This document shows positions 1 through 11,234 of a stretch of DNA of 64,000 nt, in pieces. The first letter of the stretch is position 1; each line of letters opens with the position of its first letter. The stretch is from Podospora anserina (taxonomy: Eukaryota): NCBI GenBank assembly GCA_017654855.1, contig CM030338.1, positions 1,116,001 to 1,180,000 on the forward strand. The letters run 5' to 3'. The notes under the pieces were generated by a model, which had not been told where the DNA came from, ran no database searches, and saw only the letters and a list, made by a program, of their open reading frames with translations. The translations under genes and the position numbers were made by a program.

Positions 1-3000
1 TAATGCAGGTACCATGAGATGCGCGCTTTTGATTCGATGTCTCTTTTCAACACTAATCCCAGGACCCTGCCAAAACAGAAGCGAGATCACAATTTCTGAG
101 CCAACGCCCACCGCCAGAAATTGTGATGAACGCCACAGCTAGGAAAAGATCTCTTTTCCTCTTGGGTCGCACTGCTCTCCGCGCCTGTTTCTTGCCGAGA
201 AGGCTTAATCTCGTGGAACGATCTCTTGGAAGCCGGGAATTTCATGCATCGTCCTTGTGCCCGGAGTTGAGTCCATCGCCTTGTCGTCGTCCGTTGTCGT
301 GGCTGTTCAATGGATCAGCAGTTTCAAGATGCTGCAGAGGGAAGATCTTGTGGTGATATTTCCACATCAATCCGGAGTCGGAGAGTCAGAAGAAGAGTCG
401 GAAGAAGGAGGATGACGTGAGGTTCTCAGTCATCAGAGGAAGGTTTGACAAGATCACCGTTCGTGCCTTGTTTTTCGTACCCGTTCAGCCGTTCCTGCCG
501 TTTACGCCGTTGCCAGATGCAAATTTGTGTTTTCGATATCTCTGGGCACGCACTGGACCAACAAGCCATCAACAGTCTCGGCCCGGCCATTGGAGCGTCA
601 TTTTGTGGTGTGCCAATTCTGGCGACATCGTTGCGGAACAGCCTTTCCTGATTTGCTCGCAGTTCAAGATTGGGACTCGGCCCTTTCGCCCAGTCAGAGC
701 CATCGAATCTCAAAATCCCCCATTTCTGTCATTACACCGCAAAAAAGCTTCATCGAGACAATCAAGACATCACCAAGCAATGCAACCCTCATCCTTGTCG
801 TCGACGAGCGGTCAAAGACACCTCGGCGGTCACGCATTTTCTCCCCACAAAAGGAGACAGCCGGGGTGCATCATGCATGAGCACGGCTGCCGATATATCT
901 ATCGTGGCGGCCGCTGGTGCAGATCACTGCACCGATCCCATTGCAGCTTGACCGACTCGATGTTGCTAGAGACACAGTCTCACCTCCACGGAGTGATTCG
1001 AGACTTGTTGCGCCTCGCAGACGACGATACCTGACGACCAGCTGAACTGGAGCAGAGCCAGTGGCTGAAAGGGACAGCACATGACACATTCCAGCATGCT
1101 TCCGGAGCCTTCATCTGGATCTTCTGGCCAACTCCCCTCCATGGATGTGGATATCAGTTGCAAAGACTTGGGGAAGCTCGTTGGCCCCCTCGATGGCGGA
1201 TCAAACTTGTCGGCCGAACTCATGCTTCGACCTCGTCTATCACTGAGTTTGTGCGACATACGGACCCCGGCATCATTAGGCTTTTTTCTTGTTGCTGTTT
1301 CGGCAGAGGTGCAAGTGCACTTCGTGTCATCGATTCTCTTTGGGCTTCTTATACAGTCATCAACTCACCTCAGGAGCGCTGACCTCAGTCCTTCAAGTGA
1401 AGATCAGGTGCCTTGGCACTCTGGAAGATGCAGAGAGCAATCTGTTCATAAAGCATTTTGGGCTCACAGTATTGACAACTATACAGTACGGCGTCACCGA
1501 GACTGACAGAGGGGCTTTCTGGGATAATTCACAGCAAACGAGGCGATGCAGACCAAATGGACGACCAACAGGAGCGATTGCGATCTGGACCGTATTCAGT
1601 GACCAGCGACAAGCTGTGTTCATCATCACGACACAGCAAAGCGGCAACGTCCGAGAAGGCTTTCCGGACCCGGTGTGGATTCACGGTGTGGCGGTGCTAA
1701 TGGCGGTCGGGCTTGCAAAAGGAAGATACCTAGGAGAGACCGGGGCCGGACCCGTTACTGGGTCGGAAGCGGCTCTTCGCCGGGGAGGGACAAGAATCAC
1801 GACTTGTGCACCAATGCGGGCAGCTGCATGTCCCACAAGTCAGCTGAATTTCTTGGGAGACCACAAGGCAGTTCGGCAGGCTGAAATCATCAACGAAACC
1901 GACCACTCACCATCCACCATCACCAAACCCTGCGGCATTTTATTGGGGCTCTTGTTCAACACAGCCTCGGCCTCATAAACCGGCCGCTTTTGGGCTGTGG
2001 CTGTCGGGTTCATACGGTTCAAATCCAAGGCGGATGAATTGGCTCATTGCACCGCCAGCGACGAATCACAGGAAGTGATCAGTGCTTCCTAGCTGCATCC
2101 CTCTCTCAAAGTCGCATCGCACTGCAGCGTCAGCACTATTTGACTAAGCAGCAGGAGACAGTCAATTGAGGACGTTTGGTTGTTGGGGGCCAAATTCAAA
2201 GTGTCCAAGTGGAACCGGGCAGGACTCAAAGGACTTGGAGACATCTCAGTGGTCCACGATCGGTATGATGCATTTGATGCTCTGTGATTGGATGCAAAGC
2301 GTGAAGGTCCGTGCAGCCGACGAGGCCTCTTGGCTTCCTGGGGGCCCAAAGACCGAATCAACGGTGCGGTCCTTGCCTGGGCCCTGCCGGAGCCCCAAAG
2401 CCCTACCGGACGAACAGGAAACAAACAGTGGGGCCCCGGCCGATGAGTCGTTGCAGCAGAGCGGCTGCGCATTCAGTGCGCAGCAGAATGGTGGGATGCA
2501 GGACAAACCAACGACATTTCTAGGCAGAAAAGCTCATCGACATTGCGACAAAACATGAATGGCGGCCGCCCTCTTGCTCGGGGAAGGGCGGTCGTCATTT
2601 CTCCACTGTATGCTGGGTATGTCTGATTGACATTGAAACTGGCATTATCATCAGTTGGCTGTAGCTTGGCTACGGGGAAAACTGCACAAGCATCGAGCGG
2701 TCGTACATGCATCTCGACGAGGCTGTGGCTATCCGCATCCTTGTCCTCACAGCATATTCTCCCTCTTCCCTCCCTTCCGCTGCATGCAGCCGGTGACGTC
2801 CACTTGGTGTCCTCAGTTCTAGGGTTCCATCGTCTGTCTTGTACATTTGGTATAAATGCCCCAGATGCCTGGCTTCCCCAGGGTGACCCCCATCCTATCC
2901 CCATAAGGCTGCTGGCTGCCTGCAGGTTTCCTTAGACGTTGAGCGCGGACCACACTTCAGCGACTTACACACCCACAGACGCCTCACTCCTACTTTCGCC

Positions 3001-3170
3001 GCATAACCTGACCACTCCCCCCTTCCCCGTCCTCCCCCTTCCCCTCCCCCTCCCCCGCAATTGGAGTCATCCTTTTTTACACCCGAGTGTCTTGAGATTG
3101 AGACCGACCCTCTTTCTTTTTCTCTTTCTCTTCCCTCTCGCCTTTCCATCTACATACTTGACCGGCACTG

Positions 3171-3262
3171 GTGAGTTGCTCCCCTCCATCATTGTCAATG
3201 CTGCTGCCCAAGTGTAATGAATAGCCTGGCTTGACCTCGACTGACCATCCATCATTCTGTAG
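3171..3262 (+). other. Probable 5' UTR intron of the C2H2 gene
   Basis: GTGAGT donor at 3171, CTGAC branch at 3241 and TAG acceptor ending 3262. It lies downstream of a CT-rich promoter tract and 91 nt before the ATG. Confidence 0.55.
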
Positions 3263-3353
3263 CTGTGTCGAGTATTGCATAGCTACTTGTCTAACTATAT
3301 AACATCCTTATCCTGGCGCTGGCAAGTCCTTGAAGCTATTCCGATCTTCTGGT

Positions 3354-5789
3354 ATGGCCTCCCAGATTAACGCCGCCGGCGTCGCCTCGACACCACCACA
3401 TGTCTGCTACCACTGCAAAAAGTCCTTCGCGCGCCACTGTGATCTCAACAAGCACGCAAAGTCCCACAGCAGACCATACAAGTGCCTGTACACAAACTGC
3501 AAGTATCACGAGCACGGCTGGCCAACCGCCAAGGAGCTGGAACGACATGTCAATGACAAGCACTCGCCATCTCCGAGAACCTTTGCGTGCCTGTACCAGC
3601 CATGCCCATACCGGTCAAAACGGGAATCGAACTGCAAACAACACATGGAGAAAGCCCACAAGTGGAAGTATGTGAGGAGCAAGTCAAACGGCAAGCGACT
3701 ACCGACCACAGGCCAGTCCGATATCGTCTACCGTCTGAAGACCGATGAAGCCACTCTTGGGGTCCGGAACTTTGGCCCAAGTCCCATCTCACCGCAGCCG
3801 CCATTAATACCACCACGTGGCCAGGATTTCGTTCTTTACGACGACGACCAGCAAGAAGATGCCTTTGGCGAGGAGGACGACGAGGCTTATTCTGGGTTCC
3901 AGGATCCGGAAGGATTCCAGTCTTACCTCCCATGGAACTCCCCAAATACTCGCGTCCGGCAAGCCGAGTCCGTGATCGATACCTGCAACGATACTCTCGA
4001 GAGGCCGCTGGGCTCAGAGTTCTACGGCAGCGGACTTCTGGATCCAAGACTTGCATCTTATCAAACGCCTCCAGGCTCGGAGTCTCATCGCACCCCTGAT
4101 ACGCCCTGCCTTGATATTGCGGCTGCGATCAAAGTCGAGTCTCCAACCGTCACAATGGACTTCTTTTCGCCACCAAAACGGAAATATGAGGCTGTCGATG
4201 GGTCATCGCAAGAGTCGAAGCCTACCACCAACGCAACCCGTGGAGCTTCAAATCCCAGAGCGCACCGCGCAACTTCCGGTCCAGCCAAGAGCACTCTCAA
4301 CCGCAGAGACAGCTTTGATGAAGACGGCCACCGCCCAACTAAGAAGGCAAGGCAAATGCCCGTGGAGGATTTCAGCGACACGAGCATGCCGGATATCTTT
4401 CGATTTGCCCACCCCACTATCTAGTATGTGTTGAGCTTCGGTCCCGCACGCAGAAAACGTCTGCTAACATCCTGTTTCAAAAGTGACAGAGACCAGAAGG
4501 AGACGTATTCCCCATGCCACACAGTTCACAGGGATATTTCCACTCTGGTGTGAGTAAGCCCATGTCCAGCATAGTCCCAGACTCCGTTAACACTGGTGGG
4601 TAGACGACATCTGAGCAGGCCGGCGCATCGTTTCAAGGTCACCGATCGGTTCATTTCATCCTTTGATCAAGACGAGAACTTTCGTCATCCGAGAGTTGGT
4701 GTTTGCCGTTGGTGCTGGTTGACATTTACGGACCGATCCGAATTCGCGGACCATGTCTCAAATCCGTGCGAAAAGGTCTCTAAAGGGAAGCGAGAGAAGT
4801 GGAGGGTTCTTTTGAACAGCTTCACTCCCCTGGTTGATCTGCCGGTCCATACACAGTCAACTTTCGACGTGGTTCGGGAAAGCGAGGAGGATGGTTGGGA
4901 TCGGCTGTCGAGAGGGCTGGAACAGTCGCCAGAGGTTGATGGTAGCACTTGTGCTCCGGAGACATCTCCGGCTTTGGTCTACCCAACCACTCATGGAGAA
5001 TTTGTCTCCATGACGGAACACCAAAGGCTCCTAAAGGAGCATCAAGCACTCCAGGAGAAGCATCGTCAACTACTTGGCCAGGTCACACAGGCCATGTACG
5101 CCCAGCAGGTCTGCGACAACGCCAGGACCCAGTCTCTTGATGCTCGGGACAACATGCTCCTCGCAGCCATGTCGCGAGAGGCTCACAAGGGGTCGGCCCT
5201 GGCTCATCAACAACGCAAACTTTCGGACCGGGACAATCTCGTGCAGCACATGGACTCTCAATCCACGGATGTTGACGTCCAGGGCTTTCTGGAAGAAGTC
5301 GAGAGCGCCCACAAGGGCCTGTCGAGGCAAGATTCTGGCTTGAGCACCACATCCCGCTCGACCATCCACCACGTCCCGCCAAGCCCACCGGTCAAGTCTC
5401 TCGACTACGTTGATGACGACCAGCAAAATGCGGCTCATGGCTCCGGCAGCCAAAACGCCAGGAAGCAGCCTACGTCTCATGCCGACTCGGGCTACGCAAC
5501 AGAAGGCAGACGCGGCAGCCTCGCCGAGCTGGGCCTGTCTACCGTTGCGGGGGTGGCCACGTCAGCAATGATGCATCACCCTCACCACTCCATGACGACG
5601 GCAACGACGACCGATGATACGTTTATGAAGGATATGTTTATGAGCACCGGTCATGAGGAGGAGCAGCATTCGCAAGAGCAGGCTCAGCATCATCTTCTTG
5701 ATACTAGCTTGACGGACCCTTTTCTTGACTATGGATTTCCTTCGGCGAGCCAGTTAGAGGCTGATTTGGAGTTTGGTTTTCCTATCTAA
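3354..5789 (+). CDS. C2H2 zinc-finger transcription factor, ACE1/SltA-type finger array at the N-terminus
   Basis: Exons 3354-4423, 4484-4549, 4604-5789. Introns 4424-4483 (GTATGT..GCTAAC..AAG) and 4550-4603 (GTGAGT..GTTAAC..TAG) join ORFs 3330..4424 and 4596..5789 in frame. Three fingers CYHC..HAKSH, CLYTNC..HVNDKH and CLYQPC..SKRESNCKQHMEKAH match the ACE1/SltA finger signature as I recall it. Confidence 0.85.
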
Positions 5790-6696
5790 AGTCATTTCCT
5801 TTTAGTATTTTCTTTTCATCCATCTAGAAACACATCTAGATTTGTGGGTTTTCTTTTTTTTTTCTTCTTTTTTTCTTTTTGGTTTATCTGGGCGGCTTTT
5901 CTGTCACTTTTGATAAACATTTGGGTAGCGATTAGCGGGTAGCGGGATCTCCTCTTTCTCTAGTCCGTCGGGTACGGTATTTCCTCTCTCTTAAAATCAC
6001 GGGTTTATGTGATATGGTTTATGGGTTGGTTGTCATGGGATATATGTACTTATGTAAGGACAGGGGGTGGCAAAGATGTCGGGGATTGGTATACATCAAG
6101 GCTCACAGCTACATATATCAAGGAACAATCCCCCCCAAAAACACGGCAACAAAACAGACATTGAGTGGTGTATAGATTCCCAACTCTGTTTCTTTTTGGT
6201 TTTGTATACGTTGGACAAGAGAGAGAGAGTTATGCATATCTTTGTCATACCGTACACTGCAGAATATGACGGATAGCTTAGTTTGACAAACTAACACAAG
6301 GAAATAAATAAACAAGATATCATCTGCCGAGTTTTCTTCCTGGCGGTCCTTCAGTTCAGAATGTCGAGTTTGAATTTATATCAATGTCTCATTGGTTAGA
6401 TGGGTGAATCCTTCCATAAGGCAACTTTTGCCAAGAGAGAATGGAGTTTACGGCAGGGGCAACCCCTGTCTGGTTCCGGCAGCGCCAAGACATGGGATTC
6501 AACCTCGCCTTGACTTGACGCGGCCGTGATCGTGCTTTGCGACAACTTCAACTTTTACTCAGTTTTGGTCATTTTTTGCGTTTATCGCCATACATTTGCC
6601 GTATTATTTGTTGCATACCATCATCAGTGATACACTAATCATGCCCTCCTAACCCTTTCTTGTTTATATATTCCCCCCCCCATCCCCCCCCGAAAA

Positions 6697-7962
6697 ATGA
6701 ACCTCACGATCCCCCGCCTAAACCTCCTCTTCCTCCTCGTCTGGCTCCTCCTCCTTTTCATCTCGTACCTCAACTCCTACGACGACCCCTCCTCCATCTT
6801 TTATTCCGAAACCGCATCCTACACCCCTCGGCACAGCAAACTCCTCTCTCACCAAGCCGATTTATACCTCGCCAACCCGCCCCCTAGACCTCCTCCCCCC
6901 TCCGACGAAAACGACAACAAATTCCTCTGCATCGGCATCCCCTCCATAAACCGCACCACCCAGTCCTTCCTCAAGCACACAATCGGCACCCTCCTCCTCC
7001 CCCTCTCCCCCGCCCAGCGTTCGTCGGTCCACTTGGTTGTCTTGCTAGCCGACCGTCCAGCGGAAAAACACAGCGCGTATGGGGAGGGGTGGTTGGAGAA
7101 GGTTGTTGATGAGGTTCTCATTTACGATGACCCGCCACCTTCTGAGGGGGGGGTATACAAAAAGGTGCCGTTTGAGCTTGTGGACGGCCGAGAAAGGGGG
7201 AAGACGAGGGTTGAAAACATGAGGTTGGATCACTCCCTGTTGGTGGAGACTTGCATGAACCAGGGGAGTGAGTATTTTGCCTTGGTGGAGGATGATGTTG
7301 TCGCTTCAGGGGATTGGCTGACCCGACTGAACAAAGGGTTGGGGTTTCTGGAGGGGAGGAAAGGGGAGGAAGAGTGGTTGTATCTGAGGTTGTTTCACTC
7401 GGAACTGTTGATGGGTTGGAATAGTGAGGAGTGGAGGACGTACCTCGGTTGGTCGTGCACAGTCTACGCGATTGTGCTCATCTCGTTTTTGGTGCTACGA
7501 TCAAAAAGGTGGTTGTGTTTTGGGAGGTTGGGGAGGCAGAACGCGGATGTGTTTCGGTATGCGACTGCGATGGTGTTTGGTCTTTGGCTGCCGGCGTTGA
7601 TTGCGCTGTGGTTTCTTTCTGGGAGGATTTCGACAAGTAGGATCAACCCTTTCTCTTGGACGTCGCACGGGGTGAGGGAGATGATGAACTATGGGTGTTG
7701 CGCGCAGGGGCTGGTGTTCCCTAGGAGGCAGCTCCCTGGGGTTCTTAAGCTAATGAGGTACCCACCTTATCGGTTTCCGGGGGATATGATACTGGAGGGG
7801 TACGCGGGGGATCACGGGCTCAGAAAGTGGGCGTTGGATCCGAGTGTGCTTCAGCATGTGGGCTTTACCGAGAGCTCGGCCGGGCCGAGGAGGGCGGAGG
7901 TGTGGAACTTTAGTTTTGAGAGGTTGACTCCAAAGACGACGGGTTGGGGGTGGGGAGGTTAG
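6697..7962 (+). CDS. PGAP4/TMEM246-like GT-A fold glycosyltransferase (membrane protein)
   Basis: Single-exon 421 aa ORF. It has an N-terminal TM segment, LCIGIPSINR, YFALVEDD (DxD-like), WLYLRLF, two internal TM helices, GCCAQGLVFP, a DM motif and PSVLQHVG. This is the same motif order as mammalian PGAP4 (recalled). Confidence 0.75.
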   Translation: MNLTIPRLNLLFLLVWLLLLFISYLNSYDDPSSIFYSETASYTPRHSKLLSHQADLYLANPPPRPPPPSDENDNKFLCIGIPSINRTTQSFLKHTIGTLLLPLSPAQRSSVHLVVLLADRPAEKHSAYGEGWLEKVVDEVLIYDDPPPSEGGVYKKVPFELVDGRERGKTRVENMRLDHSLLVETCMNQGSEYFALVEDDVVASGDWLTRLNKGLGFLEGRKGEEEWLYLRLFHSELLMGWNSEEWRTYLGWSCTVYAIVLISFLVLRSKRWLCFGRLGRQNADVFRYATAMVFGLWLPALIALWFLSGRISTSRINPFSWTSHGVREMMNYGCCAQGLVFPRRQLPGVLKLMRYPPYRFPGDMILEGYAGDHGLRKWALDPSVLQHVGFTESSAGPRRAEVWNFSFERLTPKTTGWGWGG

Positions 7963-8255
7963 GAGATTCTCTCTGCTTTGATCCGTCGGGGTTGGGTGTG
8001 GCGTTTGTGGGTGTGTTTTAGTACGACGTTAATGATCATAATATTTGGATACCTTACTACTGTTGCAAAGCATCGAACGTGCAAAGTGGGACGACGGTGA
8101 CAACAGTGACCACGGTGACGACGATGTGGTGGTCAACAAAAAGCCAACAATGGTGGCGGGACGATGCCGATGACAGCAGCCAACAGCGCGATTACACCTT
8201 AGATACCCCAGGTCTGCACCAGCTTTCAGCGAAGTAACTGACGTAGTCTATGTCA

Positions 8256-8385
8256 GGATCTCTAGCTCAGTGGTCAGTCAGTATCTGACTGCAACCGACT
8301 GGCCATCGGTTGCCAAAAAGAGAACATCCACCAGAGCTCTTCGCTTTAGGTAGTGGGTTCGAGTCCCTACTCCAAACCCTTTTTT
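8256..8385 (+). tRNA. tRNA-like element or pseudo-tRNA (anticodon GCA, Cys) with intron-like insert
   Basis: A-box TAGCTCAGTGG 8263-8273, TCTGA-CT-GCA-A 8284-8294, B-box GGTTCGAGTCC 8356-8366 and T6 terminator 8380-8385. The acceptor stem does not pair fully. Confidence 0.5.
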
Positions 8386-8697
8386 ACATTTATCTTTCCT
8401 GTTTTACTTTTCTTTGGCTGGCAGTGTTGCTCCTCTGCACCTGCGACCTGGGACAGGGAGATGAGATAAAATGGGCCAAGTACACACAGGTCCAACCAGG
8501 TATTAATGAAGCTAACCTCATGATGAATTTAATAGTATCCTATCTGTCGTTGTGAATCTTCTCTATAAGCTTTCGACTTGTCAACCTAATCTGAACAAAC
8601 CAGCAACCACTGATTTTCCCAACACCAGACACCTGTAACGCCACATGATGCTGCCGCCCACTGCAATGCTATTGAAAAACACAAAACCAAGCATCAA

Positions 8698-10929
8698 TCA
8701 CAGTCTAATCCTCCCCTGCCCACCACCGCTGCTGCTACTCCCATCACCACCGCCACCAAACCACCTCCTGATATCTCCTCCACCCTTGCCACTACCGCCC
8801 CCGTTATCATCCCCACCCATCCACTTTGGTTTCTTGATCCCCTCCCCAAACCCCTTGAACCAATCGGGTGTGTCAAACGTGTCAATCGTGTTCTTCATCC
8901 TATGCCCCAGCGCCTCGAAGAAGTTTTCGTCATCTCCGTCATTGCTCAGCGTCACCTGCCCCCTGTCCCTCCCTACCCGGCGAGCAGAAGTATTGGCCTG
9001 ATGTCTACTCCCACCACCTCCCGAAGTAGGAGAGGTAGCAAAAGGCGTAGTCGGCGCCCTCGCCGAGCTACCAGTCGACGACCTCGGGATCGACAAAATT
9101 GGCCCACCCCTCCTGCCGCCACCACCATTCGTCGATGAGCCCAGCTCTGCCCTCCTGTTATTCCTCACCGACGCCGAAGTCCCATTCAGCTCCCTCTCAA
9201 TCAGATCCCTCCCTTCCCTCCAAGAGCCCGTACCATAAAACCTCTCCTCCTCCCCCTCTCCATCATCTTCATCCTCCCCACCCATGCCAAACGCAGCCCC
9301 AAACCCAAACATGGTCTGCACTTTGCCGTACAGCCCAAACAAGGTCGCAAAAACAGGCAACAGAATAAACGCCGGGAACAGATAGTTGAACCACTCCCCC
9401 AGCGGCGTCAAATCAATCAGCTTGCCCAAAAACCCATAAAACACCGTGTCCTTGTAGAGCGCGCTCCCCAAAAACGTCATAAAGTTGTAACTCAACGGCA
9501 CGCTCAACCTCGCCACCTGGCTGGCATACCAGAACGCGCTCTCCGGCGCCGTGTTCCTCTTGACCAACGCCCTCCCCCTCCAGACCTTGACCTCCGTAAT
9601 CGAAATCAACGCCGCGGCACACATGTACAGCAGCCAAAACGCCGCGATCGCCTGCCCCGCCAACCCAACCTGTCCTCCGCTCTCTCCCAGAGGATCGTGA
9701 TGAATAACCGTATACCGAATCACCGACAGACTCGGAAACAAATCCTTGACCAACTCAGACCAAACAATGCAAACAGACGCCAACCCCAAAACCCCACCCA
9801 GCGCCATCCTCAAGTACGGCGCAACATGATAATGAAACAGGTATCTGGTGTAAGGAGTAAACAAGCTCGCCCTCTCCCACAAGCTCGTCGACCCCGCCGT
9901 TCTCGTCCCCTTCCCAAAATCCAACCTCTTGCTCCCCGCCGAGTCCAGAATCGCCTGCGTCCTCACCACCTCCTCCAACAGCCTATTCCACTCACTCCCA
10001 TACCTCGACCTCGCATGCCTCGCCCTGACCAAATCCCTCGTCAGCTCCGCCAGCCACTTCTCCGTAATCACATTCGGCAGCCCCCTCTCATTCCCCGTCC
10101 CCCTAACCGCCCGTCTAGCATTGCTCGGAGTCATCTGCGCCTCCAGACTGACCATATCAACCAACTCCTCAATCCAATCCCTAAACAACTCCGCGCTCCC
10201 CCCTTTACGCCGTCCCAACTCCCCAACCTGCAGTTCCAAATCCTCAAGCTCCATCTCCGCATCCTCCATCTTTTCGTATATCCTCGGCGCGTGGCACTGC
10301 AGCCTCCTCAACCTCCCACTCACATCAGCCGACCTAAACAGCCGCCTCGGTATCGACACCAACCCGTGACCCATGAGGTAGATGGCAAGAATCAAACCCC
10401 AGCAGTACGCCAGCGCCATGATCGTGCCCTTGAGACTGGCGTCGAACTTCCCGTAGGACCAGAGGACATAGACAAACCCCAACAGCCCTGACCCAAAGAC
10501 GACGGCATAGTACTGCGCGTTTGCGCGGAGGGAGTCGAGGACCTTGGCTTTCGGCTCGCGGAAGCCAGAGTCGGAGTACTCGGCCAGGATGGGGAGGATG
10601 AACCACGTGAGCGCAAAGGTGAGCCAGTAGGTGATTCGCCAGCCTACGCGGAGGGCGGCGGGTGGGAGCCAGATTCCTTTTGGGATGGGGGAAGAGGATG
10701 ATGAGTCGAGGGGGGAGGCGAGGTCGATTGGGACGAGGAGGCCGATGGAGGCGGGAAGGAAGAGGGCGAAGAAGACGGGGAGGAGGAGGTAGGCGGGGGT
10801 TGTGCGGAGGGGGAGGTAGTGGCGGAGGATGAGGAGGACTGTGATGGAGATGAGGAGGAGGGAGAGGAGGGAGAAGGTTTCGGAGAGGACGGGGGAGGGG
10901 GAGGGGGCTGCTGTCGAGGTCGTGATCAT
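8698..10929 (-). CDS. LMBR1-domain multi-pass membrane protein (LMBRD2-like)
   Basis: Long single ORF whose first ATG is at 10929 (MITTSTAA..). It has multiple TM segments, LLVPIDLAS, WRITYWLTFALTWFILP..EYSDSGF, MGHGLVSIPR and ARLSVPLSYNF motifs, and a Gly-rich tail. Confidence 0.85.
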   Translation of the reverse strand: MITTSTAAPSPSPVLSETFSLLSLLLISITVLLILRHYLPLRTTPAYLLLPVFFALFLPASIGLLVPIDLASPLDSSSSSPIPKGIWLPPAALRVGWRITYWLTFALTWFILPILAEYSDSGFREPKAKVLDSLRANAQYYAVVFGSGLLGFVYVLWSYGKFDASLKGTIMALAYCWGLILAIYLMGHGLVSIPRRLFRSADVSGRLRRLQCHAPRIYEKMEDAEMELEDLELQVGELGRRKGGSAELFRDWIEELVDMVSLEAQMTPSNARRAVRGTGNERGLPNVITEKWLAELTRDLVRARHARSRYGSEWNRLLEEVVRTQAILDSAGSKRLDFGKGTRTAGSTSLWERASLFTPYTRYLFHYHVAPYLRMALGGVLGLASVCIVWSELVKDLFPSLSVIRYTVIHHDPLGESGGQVGLAGQAIAAFWLLYMCAAALISITEVKVWRGRALVKRNTAPESAFWYASQVARLSVPLSYNFMTFLGSALYKDTVFYGFLGKLIDLTPLGEWFNYLFPAFILLPVFATLFGLYGKVQTMFGFGAAFGMGGEDEDDGEGEEERFYGTGSWREGRDLIERELNGTSASVRNNRRAELGSSTNGGGGRRGGPILSIPRSSTGSSARAPTTPFATSPTSGGGGSRHQANTSARRVGRDRGQVTLSNDGDDENFFEALGHRMKNTIDTFDTPDWFKGFGEGIKKPKWMGGDDNGGGSGKGGGDIRRWFGGGGDGSSSSGGGQGRIRL

Positions 10930-11220
10930 CGTGGGTGGTGGTGGAGGTGGGTGGGCATAGTCGATTTGTGGTGGTGGATCTGGTGAGTATCGAGTGTACC
11001 GCAGAGGTGAATGGCTGTGTCTGATAAACGCGCAATCTCGATATCGAAATTCGATGGTTGGGCAAGGCAAACTTTGGGTCGCCGTTGAAGGGTCCAAGGG
11101 CTGGCTGGGACCAGGACATGGACGATTATGTCACACCACCGCGGGAAGGCAGGGATTAGATAGCGGTTGGCCCACTGGGCAGCGTCTATCTTTAGCGCGC
11201 TTTAATTGGGGCGGCCGGCT

Positions 11221-11234
11221 GATAAGCTGATAAA
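11221..11234. promoter_or_regulatory. Tandem GATA sites (GATAAGCTGATAAA) in the divergent LMBR1/ALDH promoter
   Basis: Two HGATAR sites 2 nt apart. The same GATAAGCTGATAA string recurs at 18848. Confidence 0.45.

Noticed and set aside
2016-2026. Isolated B-box GGTTCAAATCC suggesting a tRNA
   Set aside because: No A-box, cloverleaf or T-run terminator nearby.
8088-8185. Degenerate 9-bp repeats (GACGACGGT/GACAACAGT/GACCACGGT) as a possible array
   Set aside because: Short low-complexity trinucleotide-derived repeat with no spacer structure; not CRISPR-like.
9697-10491. Long antisense or alternative-frame ORFs (also 10334-11119, 12120-12887, 15471-16271, 57091-57936, 57813-58637, 60686-61618)
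   Set aside because: Shadow ORFs of real genes caused by biased codon usage and C/G skew; low-complexity translations with no motifs.
10930-11097. Upstream extension of the LMBR1 ORF
   Set aside because: Non-ATG start in a eukaryote. The first ATG at 10929 precedes the first TM helix as expected.
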